From: Eledone cirrhosa | Taxonomy: Eukaryota | Length of the DNA: 64,000 bases | Direction of reading: 5' to 3' | NCBI GenBank assembly: GCA_964016885.1 | Contig: OZ024740.1 | Coordinates: 134,106,001-134,170,000 of the forward strand | Shown here: piece after piece, positions 15,261 through 33,402 of the stretch | Numbering within the stretch: position 1 is the first letter of the stretch | Layout: every line of letters begins with the position of its first letter | Notes under the pieces: model-generated | What the model was told of the DNA's origin: nothing | The model's input: only the letters and a program-made list of their open reading frames with translations | Database searches by the model: none | Translations under genes and position numbers: made by a program

Positions 15261-17470
15261 GCTTTATCAAAACGAAAGAAATAGCTATTTATTGATTTGG
15301 CTCCAAGTCAATATTTTATGGGTGTGTGTGCAGTTCAGTGAATCGAACTAAATTATTGCCGGGACTATTTTGTCAATTTTGAAGGGAACTGAAATTGGAA
15401 CATAATCGCAAAATACTAAATGCTATAAAACATTTAACCCGCATCCTACCATTTCTGGCACTTCTCCACACTTAAATTCAAGTATATTGATTCAACTCAT
15501 TAGTTCATGGCCATAAATATGTAGTCGAGAGTGGGAAAACAATTGGGTCAAATACATAGAGTTACTTGGTCTTATCAACTCCAGAAAATGTCCAGGCGTG
15601 AATTTCCCTCAGAGGGTAAGGGAATAAATCTAAATATCAATACATTGAAACAATATACTTGACATCCTGTCGTTCTGAATTATAAAAACGTCATTGTTAA
15701 GAAACGCTAATTTAATAGTCACGTTCTGTCAGATAAAAGAAACTCTGACTATAAGGCTTAATTGCATTTGGAAGAAAGCCTAGAATAAATTTGTAGATAC
15801 AATAGTCAAAGATATGTTTCTAGCAAATAGCGGAGGATCAGGTTTTCAGTAACATGACAATGTTAACGATTTTTTCATTGATACAGGGTCCTAAATTTTC
15901 ATAGGACAAATTGCATAAGTACCCTTTATTATATTAACCTCTAAAGCATGATATACAAAATTCTCTGAGTATAGATGAAAGGAGTTGCAGCCTGACACAT
16001 TTCTATCAAGTCACCGTCCATGGTTTCAATAAGATGATTATAGAAACTGATAAGAGAATCTAACATTAAATCTGTTGCATAACTGCAATACGAAATTCGA
16101 TCATTTAATTGACATATAAATCAGCAACTTGTCGAGGTAATTGTGGTCATTAAGTTAGTAATCAAAAGTTAAGTAAAGATCTTTAAACTATGAGTATGTT
16201 ACAAGGAGTATTTATGAACGTATGAATCAATATTTATTCCGAGCCAACATATTTGTAGAGGAGGTGATTATTTTATCGACCACAAAAGAATGAAAAACAA
16301 AACTACCTATCTTTGATCTTCCTAGGGCTTTAGCTTGTACAATTAATTTCCTGCATGCCCGATGCACTAATGAGTCTGCTAAATCACTATCTTATATATT
16401 TGGGGATATTCCCTTTAAAGTGGTGAGTGATTCGATAGCCTACCGAAGTTTTGACCAAATGGTCAACATTTCGTACCCTTCACCAACACCAAAGCCGTTT
16501 TTTTCTTTTTCTTTCTTCTTTTTCAAAGTAATAATTACCAATGATAAACTAGGCTTGTCAAAATAGGACCTGCCTTTGATTACTGAAACAATATGACCGA
16601 ACTTTAACATTTCTTTTTCCTTTACATTTGTGATATTGCTTAGAAAATCGTTTAATAACATATCATCGTTTAGCTATATGAATTCTCTGACGAGCTTTTT
16701 GAGATATTGATTCAAATTCACTAAGAGCAAAATTGCTGGTGACTTATTCAAGTGAACAAATCTGCCCTGAAAACATCCATCTCTTCATCTTTAAACAGTT
16801 TTCTCCAGAATAATTCTCAAACTTCGCTAAATTCTTTAATAGTTCAATCTCTACAAGTATCTATTCCAATTTGTACAGACTATTCCATTCCCACTAAGTA
16901 CAAACTCTCTGGACCTGCTGACTACTGACCTATAGATATTGCTGTCAACCATAGACATAGTTGTTAACAATCAATTTTTCCACTACCTTGAATTACTCTC
17001 CCTCCTGTGACCATAATTAGGGCTTCTGTAGATTGAAATCAACGGAGAAATTGTTGGTTTATAACGTCAAATTCGAATCTTAATAGATGAAATCTTAAAG
17101 CAAAGTGAGCGTTGCAGTGTAACTGTTAAGCAATTGGAAAATAAAGACTGTGAAGCGGATTTAATTTCCAGTAACAATAATTTCACTTACTATACATGAT
17201 ACCAGTAATTTCCATTTTCCCACATGTTGAAGTAATTATGACTTAACTGAAGTTAATGGGTACTTCAGGTCATGAAAGATTAAGCAACTGACTCTGTGTA
17301 TCAGGCTAAGTTAGATGAATATTTATTAAACATAAAACTAAATTAAGTTAGTATTTAGTTTCAATTTTCTATCTTTTAAGTTGAAATCTCGCCGAGAGCC
17401 GATTCGGACTTGCATTATTTCTGAGTCTACAGATATATACATATGTATATATATATGTATATATATATAT

Positions 17471-17794
17471 ATATGGAGAAGAAGTTTATGAAACGGAAAT
17501 GCGGGTATAAAGAATTTATTAGGTAACAATTGTTTCTATAGTGTATGGGTTACCTATACCTCGCTATTTGAATAATATAAAAATATTATCATAAACCGAA
17601 GGTACACTGCAAGCAAACACACCATGTCGTCAGACCTTTGTATTGGAATGATATGAAAATATTTTATACACTAGATAAAAGAGAAAGAAGGCGGTAGGAA
17701 GAGAAGGGGAAGAGGGAAGTGAGTAAGGGGGAGGGAGTCCTAGGATTTAAGACTGTCAGACTAGTAGAGATTGTAAGGAGAGAATGTTTTGGCA
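17471..17794 (-). repeat. Inverted 5' pLTR of the intact PLE
   Basis: Reverse complement of 20426-20748 with about 3 differences; contains an antisense HHR at 17521-17637. Confidence 0.92.
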
Positions 17795-17895
17795 CCAGTT
17801 AGCTTAATGCAACTACTTAGTAACATTGGAATACAAATTTACTAATTCTTCACACTCCTTTACAGTCGAGCAACCTATCAACCTACGTCTCTGAA

Positions 17896-20172
17896 ATGGA
17901 AAAACATCATTGCGGTATGTCCTTAAAAAACATACCCATTCAGGGTAAAAAAAAATACATTCTTGGTATGATACAAAGGACCAACGAATTTATTCGGCGG
18001 ATTAGATGGAGGACCTTCCACTTCGATAGGATTACACAAACTTCCGACACCAACAACGATAAGTTTGGTTTCAAATCTTACAAAAACCCACCCCCTAACC
18101 CTCTTTTGGATTCTTTCGAGCAGGACTTAATGAAAATGATAACCGGAATCAAATTTACAAACGGAAGGAAAAACGAACTGCAACGAGATATTAAAACTCT
18201 ACTCGACAACCTAAGGAATACCAAAGGAATTATCATAAAGGCAGACAAAACATCGAATCTATACACCCTGGATGTAGAAACATATAATAATTTTATACGT
18301 AAGGAATTACATAGGAAGTACAAAAAAACAAACGCAACTACACTAACCAACATTAATAACGCAGCATGTGATATTGTTAAGAAACTGAAAATTGACGACA
18401 GAACGGTACCCCTATCTCCAGCTACACCGACTTTTAATCTAAAGGAACATAAGGATAACTTCGATACTAACCCTAAAATTAGATTAATATGTCCTTCAAA
18501 GACCGATATAGGTAGAATCAGTAAGTACATATTAGATCGTATTATCCCCCAAGTTAAGGCTAAGGTAGATATTAAATTATGGGGTAATACTCAACAGGCA
18601 ATAAGATGGTTCGATAACATTAGGGACAAAAACAAATCTTCTTTTATTCAATTCGATATAGATGAATACTATTCCTCTATTTCACCCGAAACCCTGCATA
18701 AGGCCCTCTCATTCGCTAAGACTAACTCAGACCTCACAAACGAGGAAATTAATATTATACTTGAAGCTAGACGCACAGTAGTGCATTTTGAAAATAGTTA
18801 TTGGGTCCGCAGAGATAGACCCTCGGAATTCGACATTACGAGGGGTTCTAATGATTCGGCGGAGGTCACGGATCTGGTTGGGATATATATAGCCCACAGA
18901 CTCCAGAGCGAATTTACGGACCTCCACGGCGGAATATACCGCGACGATACACTTCTATTAGTCAAGAATATGAACAAACAAAACCTAGAAAGGCGACGCA
19001 AAAACATTAGGAAACTTTTCTTAGAACTAGGGCTTAATATTACCTTCGAACACAATCTTAAGGTGGTCAACTTCTTGGGTGTCACCTTCAACCTTAATAA
19101 CGGTAATATAGAGCCATTTCACAAACTTAATGAAAATCTCAAGTACGTTAATGTAAAATCGAACCATCCCCATTCCATTATTAAATCTATCCCTAAAAAT
19201 ATATCCATAAGGATCTCCCGACTGTCGTCTAATTTGCAGACCTTCAACGAGCATGCTGAATATTATAATGACGCACTTAGAAAAGCTGGTTACTGCGAGA
19301 AAATAGAATATCTAGACGATAACCACATAAGTACTATGAATAAAACACATCTAAGTCGAACTAGTATTGCACCACACACACACATCAATAGGCATACTAA
19401 TAGGTACAAACCAGCAAATAGAGTCAGACGTAGAGAGTACGTATGGTATAACCCCGTGTACAATATTTCTATTAGCACTAAGAATATCTCACAATTCTAT
19501 ACACTAATCAATAAACACTTTACAACTTCACATAAATACTATAAAATCTTTAACTCGCGCACCATTAGACTCTCATACTCCACTGCACCTAACATAGAAC
19601 AACTAATTAAAAAACTCAACTCACCAATACTAAATAAGTACATCCCTAATGACTCAGCGCACCAGCATAGCAACATACAACGCACTAACACGCAACTACA
19701 ACCCCACCAAACTATCCAGGATTCTACTGCAAAACATAAAAATAATTGTAACTGCACCAAACCAGGTACGTGCCCACTGAATAACCAATGCCTAGCACGC
19801 AATATTGTCTACCGATGTACAATAAATTCCGGAACCAACAAATGGTATTACGTCGGATGTACCGCAACTTCTTTCAAAGCTCGCCTATACCAACATCGAT
19901 CTTCGATCAGGCACGAGAAAATGTGCTCCGTAACAACCCTCGCCGATAAAGCCTGGCAGCTCCGGAGGAACAATCAAGCATTCTCCCTTGATTGGCAAAT
20001 GATTTCAGCTGCGCCTGCATATAAGCAAAATCATCGATTCTGTAAATTATGCAATTTGGAGATATACTACATTTTAACGTCGGTAAACAAACTTTTGAAC
20101 AGCAAAATTGAACGTTCACTATACTGTAACCATCGTTTGAAAACGACTTTTTCTTTTTTTAAATGCATATAA
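17896..20172 (+). CDS. PLE reverse transcriptase + GIY-YIG endonuclease, 758 aa, uninterrupted
   Basis: SLKNIP, KADKTSN, LKEHK..F, RLICPSK, FIQFDIDEYYSSI, GSNDSAEVTDLVG, GIYRDD, SNHP, WYNP, CNC..CPL...C, IVYRC..YVGCT..FKAR..H, CKLC..E. Confidence 0.95.
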   Translation: MEKHHCGMSLKNIPIQGKKKYILGMIQRTNEFIRRIRWRTFHFDRITQTSDTNNDKFGFKSYKNPPPNPLLDSFEQDLMKMITGIKFTNGRKNELQRDIKTLLDNLRNTKGIIIKADKTSNLYTLDVETYNNFIRKELHRKYKKTNATTLTNINNAACDIVKKLKIDDRTVPLSPATPTFNLKEHKDNFDTNPKIRLICPSKTDIGRISKYILDRIIPQVKAKVDIKLWGNTQQAIRWFDNIRDKNKSSFIQFDIDEYYSSISPETLHKALSFAKTNSDLTNEEINIILEARRTVVHFENSYWVRRDRPSEFDITRGSNDSAEVTDLVGIYIAHRLQSEFTDLHGGIYRDDTLLLVKNMNKQNLERRRKNIRKLFLELGLNITFEHNLKVVNFLGVTFNLNNGNIEPFHKLNENLKYVNVKSNHPHSIIKSIPKNISIRISRLSSNLQTFNEHAEYYNDALRKAGYCEKIEYLDDNHISTMNKTHLSRTSIAPHTHINRHTNRYKPANRVRRREYVWYNPVYNISISTKNISQFYTLINKHFTTSHKYYKIFNSRTIRLSYSTAPNIEQLIKKLNSPILNKYIPNDSAHQHSNIQRTNTQLQPHQTIQDSTAKHKNNCNCTKPGTCPLNNQCLARNIVYRCTINSGTNKWYYVGCTATSFKARLYQHRSSIRHEKMCSVTTLADKAWQLRRNNQAFSLDWQMISAAPAYKQNHRFCKLCNLEIYYILTSVNKLLNSKIERSLYCNHRLKTTFSFFKCI

Positions 20173-20581
20173 TGTTACCTTTTTACACCACCGTTTGCAA
20201 ATTTCTGTTTGATATGTTTATACACAAGATATGGCTTTCTATAATAATAGTACTAAACACTGTTTTCTGGACCCCTTTAGAAATAACCTGCTACTATAAT
20301 AGCCCCAATAACTTGTCTGTAACTCTGTACCACTTTGACCCCTTTAACTAAATTTTGTCCGAACAACACCACTAGAAGAATTTACCTCCCCCGCCAACCC
20401 TAACACGCCTCATTAAACTAACTGCTGCCAAACATTCTCTCCTTACAATCTCTACTAGTCTGACAGTCTTAAATCCTAGGACTCCCTCCCCCTTACTCAC
20501 TTCCCTCTTCCCCTTCTCTTCCTACCTCCTTCTTTCTCTTTTATCTAGTGTATAAAATATTTTCATATCATTCCAATACAA

Positions 20582-20698
20582 AGGTCTGACGACATGGTGT
20601 GTTTGCTTGCAGTGTACCTTCGGTTTATGATAATATTTTTATATTGTTCAAATAGCGAGGTATAGGTAACCCATACACTATAGAAACAATTGTTACCT
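20582..20698 (+). ncRNA. Type I hammerhead with 90-nt stem II (family B)
   Basis: AGGT-CTGACGA-C-[ATGGTGTGT...ATACACTAT]-A-GAAA-CAATTG-TT-ACCT. Predicted GUU cleavage after 20694. Confidence 0.85.
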
Positions 20699-20852
20699 AA
20701 TAAATTCTTTATACCCGCATTTCCGTTTCATAAACTTCTTCTCCATATTTTCTCCGGATTTTAAAACACACTTTATTATACGTTGAGCAATCTCCGACGT
20801 CGGTTGACTCCATCCAATGCAACTACTTAGTAACATTGGAATACAAATTTAC

Positions 20853-20899
<47 letters not shown>

Positions 20900-20907
<8 letters not shown>

Positions 20908-23376
20908 CAAATGAACGCGAACCTCAAAGACACCTTAGGGAAAGAGTGGCATTGGAAAAAATGAAGACAGAAATTGAACTTCTTAAATTGAGGGCCCAGA
21001 CAAATGAGGAAAAAATCAAAACCATCGAAATCAACAATGGAAATCAACAATAAGACTGAAGGCCCCAAGGTAGAGAAGATCTCTAAATTATGGAAAGGGG
21101 ACTGCAACAGAGAAGAACTGAAATCCCTTCAACGCTGGGAAAAAAAGTGCCGCTTGGTTCCTAAACTATGAATCGACTTTTCAAACGGATTACACCTCCA
21201 ATAACCCGTTCATAAAAATAGGAAAACCCATAACCAAACCGCACAACAACTTCGCAAACCCCCCAGCTACTAACAAAAGAAGAAGGAAGCACCACACCGA
21301 AGATGGACTTCCCAACCTCGTTTCCATAAGAAGGAACAAAAACCCTAGAAATCATCACCCCCAGAATGACATTTACAACTTTCTCCCTCAAAGGAGACAC
21401 CATACCAAATCACTCAACTACTACGCGGATGCCTCATCGTCAAACATAGGGAAAAGATACCACCACCATGATAGATGTAACAACTTCCCGCTACAAGGGG
21501 ACAGCAAGGTAATTTCCATTTTCTCAACTCTCGCTTCCACAATACACAACAAACCCACACCACACGATACAACCGACAACGTAGGCCACCTATAACACCT
21601 CAATCCAACATGGCACAGAGAAACACACACCCATACTCGCAATATAGGAACGAAAACAGCCCCCACTTATGCCAACCTAGTCATGGGATACCTGGAAATC
21701 ACCCTCTACAATAAAGTACTAAACAAATTTGGAAACACTCTCCACTTACACATAGAAAAGAACTGGAAGCGATATCTAGATGACTGATTCATCCTTTGGC
21801 ACGAAAACATCGAGAAACTTAAAGAATTTCACACCCTTATAATGGGCTCAACACGAATATTAACTTTACGATGGAATACAGCCATCAACAACTCCCCTTC
21901 ATCGACATCTTCATTAAGATTCATAACAAAAAAATAGAAACAGACATATACTACAAGCCCATAGACTCCAAGCAATATCTTCCTTTCAACTCTTGCCACC
22001 CTAGACACGTTAAAATTAATATTCCCTACAACTTAGCCAAGAGAATCTGTACTATAGTCTCCAATAAAAACACCTGTTACTTACGGCTACAAGAACTAAA
22101 GGACACACTCATAGGCAGAGACTACCCTGCATCACTAATTGACAATGGAATCCAACGTGCCCTAAAACTCAGTACCCAGGACCTTAGACACCCTAAAGTA
22201 AATCAACCGAAACTAAAAGCTCTTCCATACATCTCCGCACACAACCCCCTCAACAATGAGGCCTTTGACACCATCCTCTAGAAAATCCCTGTGTTAAAAA
22301 AGGACCATAGAATGAAACAAATCCTTCAAACACACGATATCATAAAGAGCAAAAGACAATCTAAGTCAATGAAAAACATCCTAACACATGCCAAAGTACT
22401 GCCAACCACAACAACGAAACCCACAGTAAAAGAATGCGATAGACCCAACTGTGGCATATGCATCAACATAATAGAGAGTTCGGAATTATATTTAAAGAAG
22501 GACAACGTTTTATAGTAAAACACAATTTCACATGCGCATCAGAAAATCTAATATATGTATTAACTTGCTCAGGTTGTCGAGAACAATACATAGGCCAGAC
22601 CTAAATCAGCCTCCGCCAACGCATGACTATCCATAGATCCCAAATTAAAATACGGGAATACAGAAAAATACCACTGAGTGAACACATTGATACCTGTGCC
22701 GCCCAAAATCATCCCAACTTTAGAATCTTTCCCCTCTACAAATTTAAAGATAATGCCGCCCACACCCAGCGCATCAGCAAGGAATCTCACTTTATTAACA
22801 AATACGGACCCCGTCTAAACACTTCTCCCTAAGACGAACCCACAACATACACACGTCAACATACATACCTATATCAGCATACATCCTACATACATTTCTA
22901 TCCACATATAAACACAATGACATACATAAACACACATGTTCTATGGTGCAACACAAATATACACAAATTTGCATACCTTTTGATGTCTATAGATATAAAC
23001 GTGCCGACACACACACATACATATACGCACACATGCATTGCACACTGATGGGCACATACATATTTGTGCACAAGTATTCCCATACGGCAGGGCCTAATGG
23101 ATTCCCCTTGCAGTACGTACAATCTGGACACTCACACACACCTTGGTGTTATGACAATACTATACATCATTTCACCCCTTTTATTATTAATGTTTTTGAT
23201 GTTCTTTTGAGAGAATCGTTTTTGCAAATTACTGAAAATATCGAATAATGTACACCATTTTTACCAGTATCACAAAAATACAGGTCCTTCCACACACACA
23301 CACACACACACATACACTCATATACACACACACATATACACACACACATACACACGCGTACACTAACATACAAACA

Positions 23377-23469
<93 letters not shown>

Positions 23470-23578
23470 CTCCGTATAAGTCAAGAGCTGAAAATTATTT
23501 TTCAACATGTTAAAATATCCTCCACACACATACAGACACATTCCTACTGACAGAATCCCTCTACCACGAACCACTCTG

Positions 23579-23617
<39 letters not shown>

Positions 23618-24225
23618 CATATTTGTCTTAATAGACACCTGAACTGTTGACCTTTCAACATGACTGCAATTCACACACACATCCCTACTGACCATTATCA
23701 CAACAATGAACCTCTTTACTACACACACACACATATTTGTCTTAAAAGACTTATTTTTCAGTGACTTCTCAATCAGGCGAAAAAGGACACTCTTCGAAAA
23801 ACCTACATTTGGCGCAAAATCAATTTTTAACATTCACGTGACCTCTACCGACCAATCAAAATTGTTTTGACTACAACAATTTTTGCAACACGAATTGGCG
23901 CGAAACTTATAGTACTCATTCACGTGACATTCAACAACCAACCAAATCTTAATACCTCTGGAGCCACTTTTTTCACATAAAATAGGTAGAATTTCCAAAA
24001 CTGATCAGATTAGAGCAAACATCACGGGTGCTCTATCTCAAAATTATTTTTGAAAAGCATTAGAAATGCGCAACCGGTAAAAACTTAAAACTAAAACTGA
24101 ATACTAACCAATACTTATTACTAATTTTTACTTATTCCTAATTAAACTATATTTCACTGGGAAAAATTTGTCAGCATTTCCTTTTACTAATATATCACAA
24201 CTTGTGTGTTACACCTCTATTCTTT
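20900..24225 (+). mobile_element. Disrupted Neptune-like PLE (RT C-half, CxxC linker, GIY-YIG, CA-rich 3' region)
   Basis: GTKTAPTYANLVMG, WKRYLDD, LPFIDI, DIYYKPIDSKQYL..SCHP..IPYNLAKR, CGIC, FTCASENLIYVLTC..YIGQT. Stops and frameshifts; coding part ends at 22832. Confidence 0.88.
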
Positions 24226-24270
<45 letters not shown>

Positions 24271-24345
24271 TAGCGCTGATTGTATTGAAATTCGTTGAAA
24301 GTATAGAAAATCTCAAACGCAGAAAATAGCTGGAGACACCATTGT

Positions 24346-24595
24346 GTGCTATAAATAATGGTTTCTTATATAGGCACAAGGCCAGTAATTTGGGTGGAGG
24401 GGAAAGTCGATTAAATCGACCCCAGTGCGTGACTGGTACTTTATTTTATCGACCCTGTAAGGATGAAAGGCAAAGCTAACCTCGGCGGGATTTGAACTCA
24501 GAACGGAAAGAGTCGTAACACTATGCTACGAAGCATGGTGTCCGACACTCTACCCATACTGCCAATCCACCGCCCTTTTGAGTGCTACAAATAAT
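24346..24595 (-). mobile_element. tRNA-derived SINE (family 1, OK-like) with TSD
   Basis: Reverse complement of 56090-56275; TSD GTGCTA(T/C)AAATAA on both flanks. Confidence 0.85.
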
Positions 24596-25019
24596 AACTA
24601 AGCAACTCAGGTAAAATGCTCCTATAGACGAAAAATGGAGCTAAGGAGATAATTTGAAAGACACAGCGTTCGATTATCTGTAGCGGCTGCTTGTCTCTAT
24701 TTTCTCTCTCTTGGAGTGTTTTACCCGATTTTCTAAGCTATTATTAATAAAGTCAACTGTATACACCTTTGTCAAGGTTTACTCCCTTCCGAACCCTCCT
24801 TGGGGTCTCGGGATAGGCAATCACACTTCGTCCATCTCGCTCCTCCCAGGACCGGTCTCAGGCCCATCACCAGTTTTTACGGCATGAAATGAAGAGTGTA
24901 ATATACTTTTCGAACAGCTTCCTCTACCTAAGGCCCAAACGCGTCCCTTGGTAACACGTGCGAAGAATAATGCGGTATGGTACTTTTTCGTTCCTCTCAC
25001 TATATTGCAGTTTTGGTGG

Positions 25020-25317
25020 TCTTACTCTCTATTTTCAATTCGGTATTCGTGCCAACCCTTAACTATGGTCATAAATCTTGGGTAATGACCGAAAGAATAC
25101 GATCACGAATACAAGCAGCCGAAATGGGGTTCCTCCGAAGGGTCTTTGGAGCAACGTTATTCGATAGAGTGCGTAGCTCGGAGACCAGAAAGTCACTTCA
25201 GGTAGAGCCGCTACTTCTCCGAATTGAGAGATCTCAGCTCTGGTACTATGGGCATGTTGTTAGAAGAAGAAGAAGAAGAAAAAGAAGAAGAAGAAGAAGA
25301 AGAAGAAGAAGAAGAAG

Positions 25318-25348
<31 letters not shown>
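25020..25348 (+). mobile_element. RTE-clade LINE C-terminal fragment followed by (AGA)n
   Basis: SVFVPTLNYG..SWVMTERIRSRIQAAEMGFLRR..DRVRSSE..LQVEPLLLRIERSQL.YYGHV. Confidence 0.85.
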
Positions 25349-26181
25349 GGCTAAATAGTAAGTTATGTTATTGCTCAGAGGGTCATTATGTGAGTGAGCA
25401 GGTTAAACTACAGAGTAATAGAACTCACTATTTTGCTATAATAGATGAATATATTAACTCTACTTCGGTATTGTATACTCTTTTCTCTCGTTTGTCAACT
25501 ACAAAATAATACATAAATACATATGTGTGTGTTTGTGTTTGTGTGTGTGTGTGTATTGAATACTCATTAATTTTATGAGCAGGCTGTTCCATTGATAATT
25601 CAATTTGAACACACGTCGTCATATCCGAAAGATGTTTTTCCACCTTACGATAGCATCTTTTCATATACATAATTTTTCAAAATGTTATGAATGTTATAGG
25701 TTGCTCTTCAATTCTTTTATGTTTGCAAGTATGTTCGTTTCCCCTAAAGCAAATATTCACTTTATATATTAACCTACCAACCTACCTCTCAACCTACCAG
25801 AATATCTCTATTTATTTATTCATTCATTCATTCATTTCGCTTTGTAAGAGTGTATTATTTCATATGTGTACTTACGTCTTTCGATGATATTCAAAATTGT
25901 AGAAATATATGTGCAATCAGGCATATATTGGTTTTATGATAAATGTTTTTTTCCATTCGCTTGTTTTCGTGTGACTGTTTGAGCGAGCATTAGTGTACGG
26001 CTGCGTATGTATATGATGTCATTTCTCATTTGGTATATGTAAGAATAAATTAGTAAGTGTTGCAAAGTATTTCTCTTCTATCTCTCTCGAAATATATCTC
26101 TCTACATATGTCTATACATATATTTAGAGAGAGATAGAAAAGAAATACTGTGAAACACTTACAAATTTATTCTTACATATA

Positions 26182-27830
<1,649 letters not shown>

Positions 27831-27839
27831 ATATATACA

Positions 27840-27897
<58 letters not shown>

Positions 27898-27901
<4 letters not shown>

Positions 27902-29545
27902 AACAAAAGATGGTTAAAAGAGTTCCATGTATTTTATTATGCGCATTTCAAAAACAAATATCATCATGCAATAATATTTGTGTTTTCATCAGATAAAACA
28001 GGAAGACATGATATGAAGGTTAAAAAACACTTGTAGATAGTGCAGTTTTAAATCAACATATGAGAAGTAGTTTTAGATTGATGTGTGATTTTTGGAAAAA
28101 AATATTTTATTTTGAGGGGGGGGGGATAAAAAGAGGAGGAGATGAGAGTAAAAAGTGGAGAGGGAGGAGTATAATGAGGAAGGATGAGATAGGAGGAGAG
28201 ATGGGTGATAGAGAGAGAGAGATAGCTTTTATAACTGAGAAAGATATATTGTTTTACATAGAGAGGTTGAAAACCGTTGGAAGATAATGTATAAATTAAA
28301 AGAATTTGAAAATTAACGAAGAGAAAAATAATGTAAAGTTAAGGTTTGTATATTGAGGGGTTTAATAATATGTGCGATGAAAAGAAAATGTTAATATGTA
28401 TTAAGAATAATATTTAAGGGTTTAATAACATGTGCGATGGAAAGAAAAATTTAATATGTATTAAGAATGATATTTAAGGGTTTAATAATATGTGCGATGG
28501 AAAGAAAATGTTGATATGTATTATTAAAAAGAACAACAGGTAATTTAAGTGAGGATATATTGTGAGATGAGCATGAATGAGTTAGATGAAAGGGAGAAAA
28601 GAATAATGAATTGAGGATGAAAATTCTAACGTCAAAAAATGTTTATGTTTACGAAGGATTTTTACAAGGTGATATAGAGTAAGAATGTATTGTATTATTT
28701 AATAATTGGTTCTATGTTAGGCAACAGTGAGAAAAGGTACAGATTAGGGGTTAGACATTAAAAGAAAAAGAGAAGAAAGGGAAGTGATAAATAGGAGCGA
28801 TATAGAATGAGTAACAAGTATTATAGAATGTATAATAACCTTTGAAATAAGGTAGAAAGATGGGTATATTTTTAAAGAAGTGTATATATATATATGTGCC
28901 TTTGAGAAAAAATTCTAAATTGATAAAGATTTGGATATTAGCTGTATACTTTGTGGAATGTTTTGTGGAATTATTAAACCCCTCAATATACAAACCTTAA
29001 CTTTACCTTATTTTTCTCTTCGTTAATTTTCAAATGCTTTTAATTTATACATTATCTTCCAACGGTGTTCAACCTGTCTATGTAAAACAATATATCTTTC
29101 TCAGTTATAAAAGCTATCTCTCTCTCTCTATCACCCATCTCTCCTCCTATCTCATCCTTCCTCATTATACTCCTCCATCTCCACTTTTTACTCTCATCTC
29201 CTCCTCTTTTCATCCTTTCCACCCACCCCCCTCAAAATAAAATATTTTTTTCCCAAAATCACACATCAATCTAAAATTACTTATCATATGTTGATTTAAA
29301 ACTGCACTATCCACAAGTGTTTTTTAACCTTCATATCATCTCTTCCTGTTTTATCTGATGAAAACACAAATATTATTGCATGATGATATTTGTTTTTTAA
29401 AAGCGCATAATAAAATACATGTAACTCTTTTAACCATCTTTTGTTCTTATATATTATGTATACTCCAGTCCTACAAACTGTAGAGTGATTCTTATCCGAT
29501 ATCTGTATTGCTTTATTGTACTACAATAAAACTCACCTCCTACAT
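27898..29545. mobile_element. ORF-less inverted pLTR pair, PLE family C (27898-28972 minus; 28972-29545 plus)
   Basis: 27898-28972 is the reverse complement of about 35762-36838; 28972-29545 matches about 36364-36930. Includes three 60-bp tandem units at about 28338-28522. Confidence 0.85.
27923..28004 (-). ncRNA. Type I hammerhead, family C (intact copy; mutated copies at 29343-29424 and 36732-36812 on plus)
   Basis: TTCC TGTTTTAT-CTGATGA-long AT-rich stem II-GAAA-TGCGCA-TA-ATAAAATA cat GGAA. Confidence 0.88.
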
Positions 29546-29622
29546 ATATATATATATATACGTATATATATGTATATATATATATACATATACATATATG
29601 TGTGTGTGTGTATATATATGTA

Positions 29623-29687
<65 letters not shown>

Positions 29688-29739
29688 AATGAAGTAATTC
29701 GGTCGGAAAGGTCCAGGAAAAAAGAGTGCTCTATGTAGG

Positions 29740-33195
<3,456 letters not shown>

Positions 33196-33307
33196 ATATA
33201 TATAAAATATATGTAGTATATATATATAGTATATATATATAGCATATATATAGTATATATATATATGGTATATATTTATATCTAGTATATATATAGTATA
33301 TATATAG

Positions 33308-33397
<90 letters not shown>

Positions 33398-33402
<5 letters not shown>

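Larger units (their letters stand above)
17471..20857 (+). mobile_element. Complete Penelope-like element (Naiad-like) with inverted and partial direct pLTRs
   Basis: Order: inverted pLTR, 42-bp direct repeat (AATGCAACTACTTAG..TACTAATT at about 17806 and 20816), ORF, 3' pLTR with HHR. (TA)n on both sides. Confidence 0.93.

Noticed and set aside
16440-16960. Possible mariner-like transposase remnant or host exon
   Set aside because: No convincing catalytic motif or splice structure could be read.
21770-21795. In-frame TGA in YLDD*F as possible selenocysteine
   Set aside because: The same element has TAG/TAA stops and frameshifts, and no SECIS was recognised; simple decay is more likely.
23993-24058. 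HHR-like CTGATCA..TAGAGCA/TGCTCTA..AAAA at the end of the Neptune-like element
   Set aside because: Two core positions are wrong; at most a dead relic.
25262-25348. Poly-arginine protein tail
   Set aside because: (AGA)n microsatellite adjoining a LINE fragment.
28338-28522. Three 60-bp repeats resembling a CRISPR array
   Set aside because: Contiguous tandem units without unique spacers, inside a eukaryotic pLTR.
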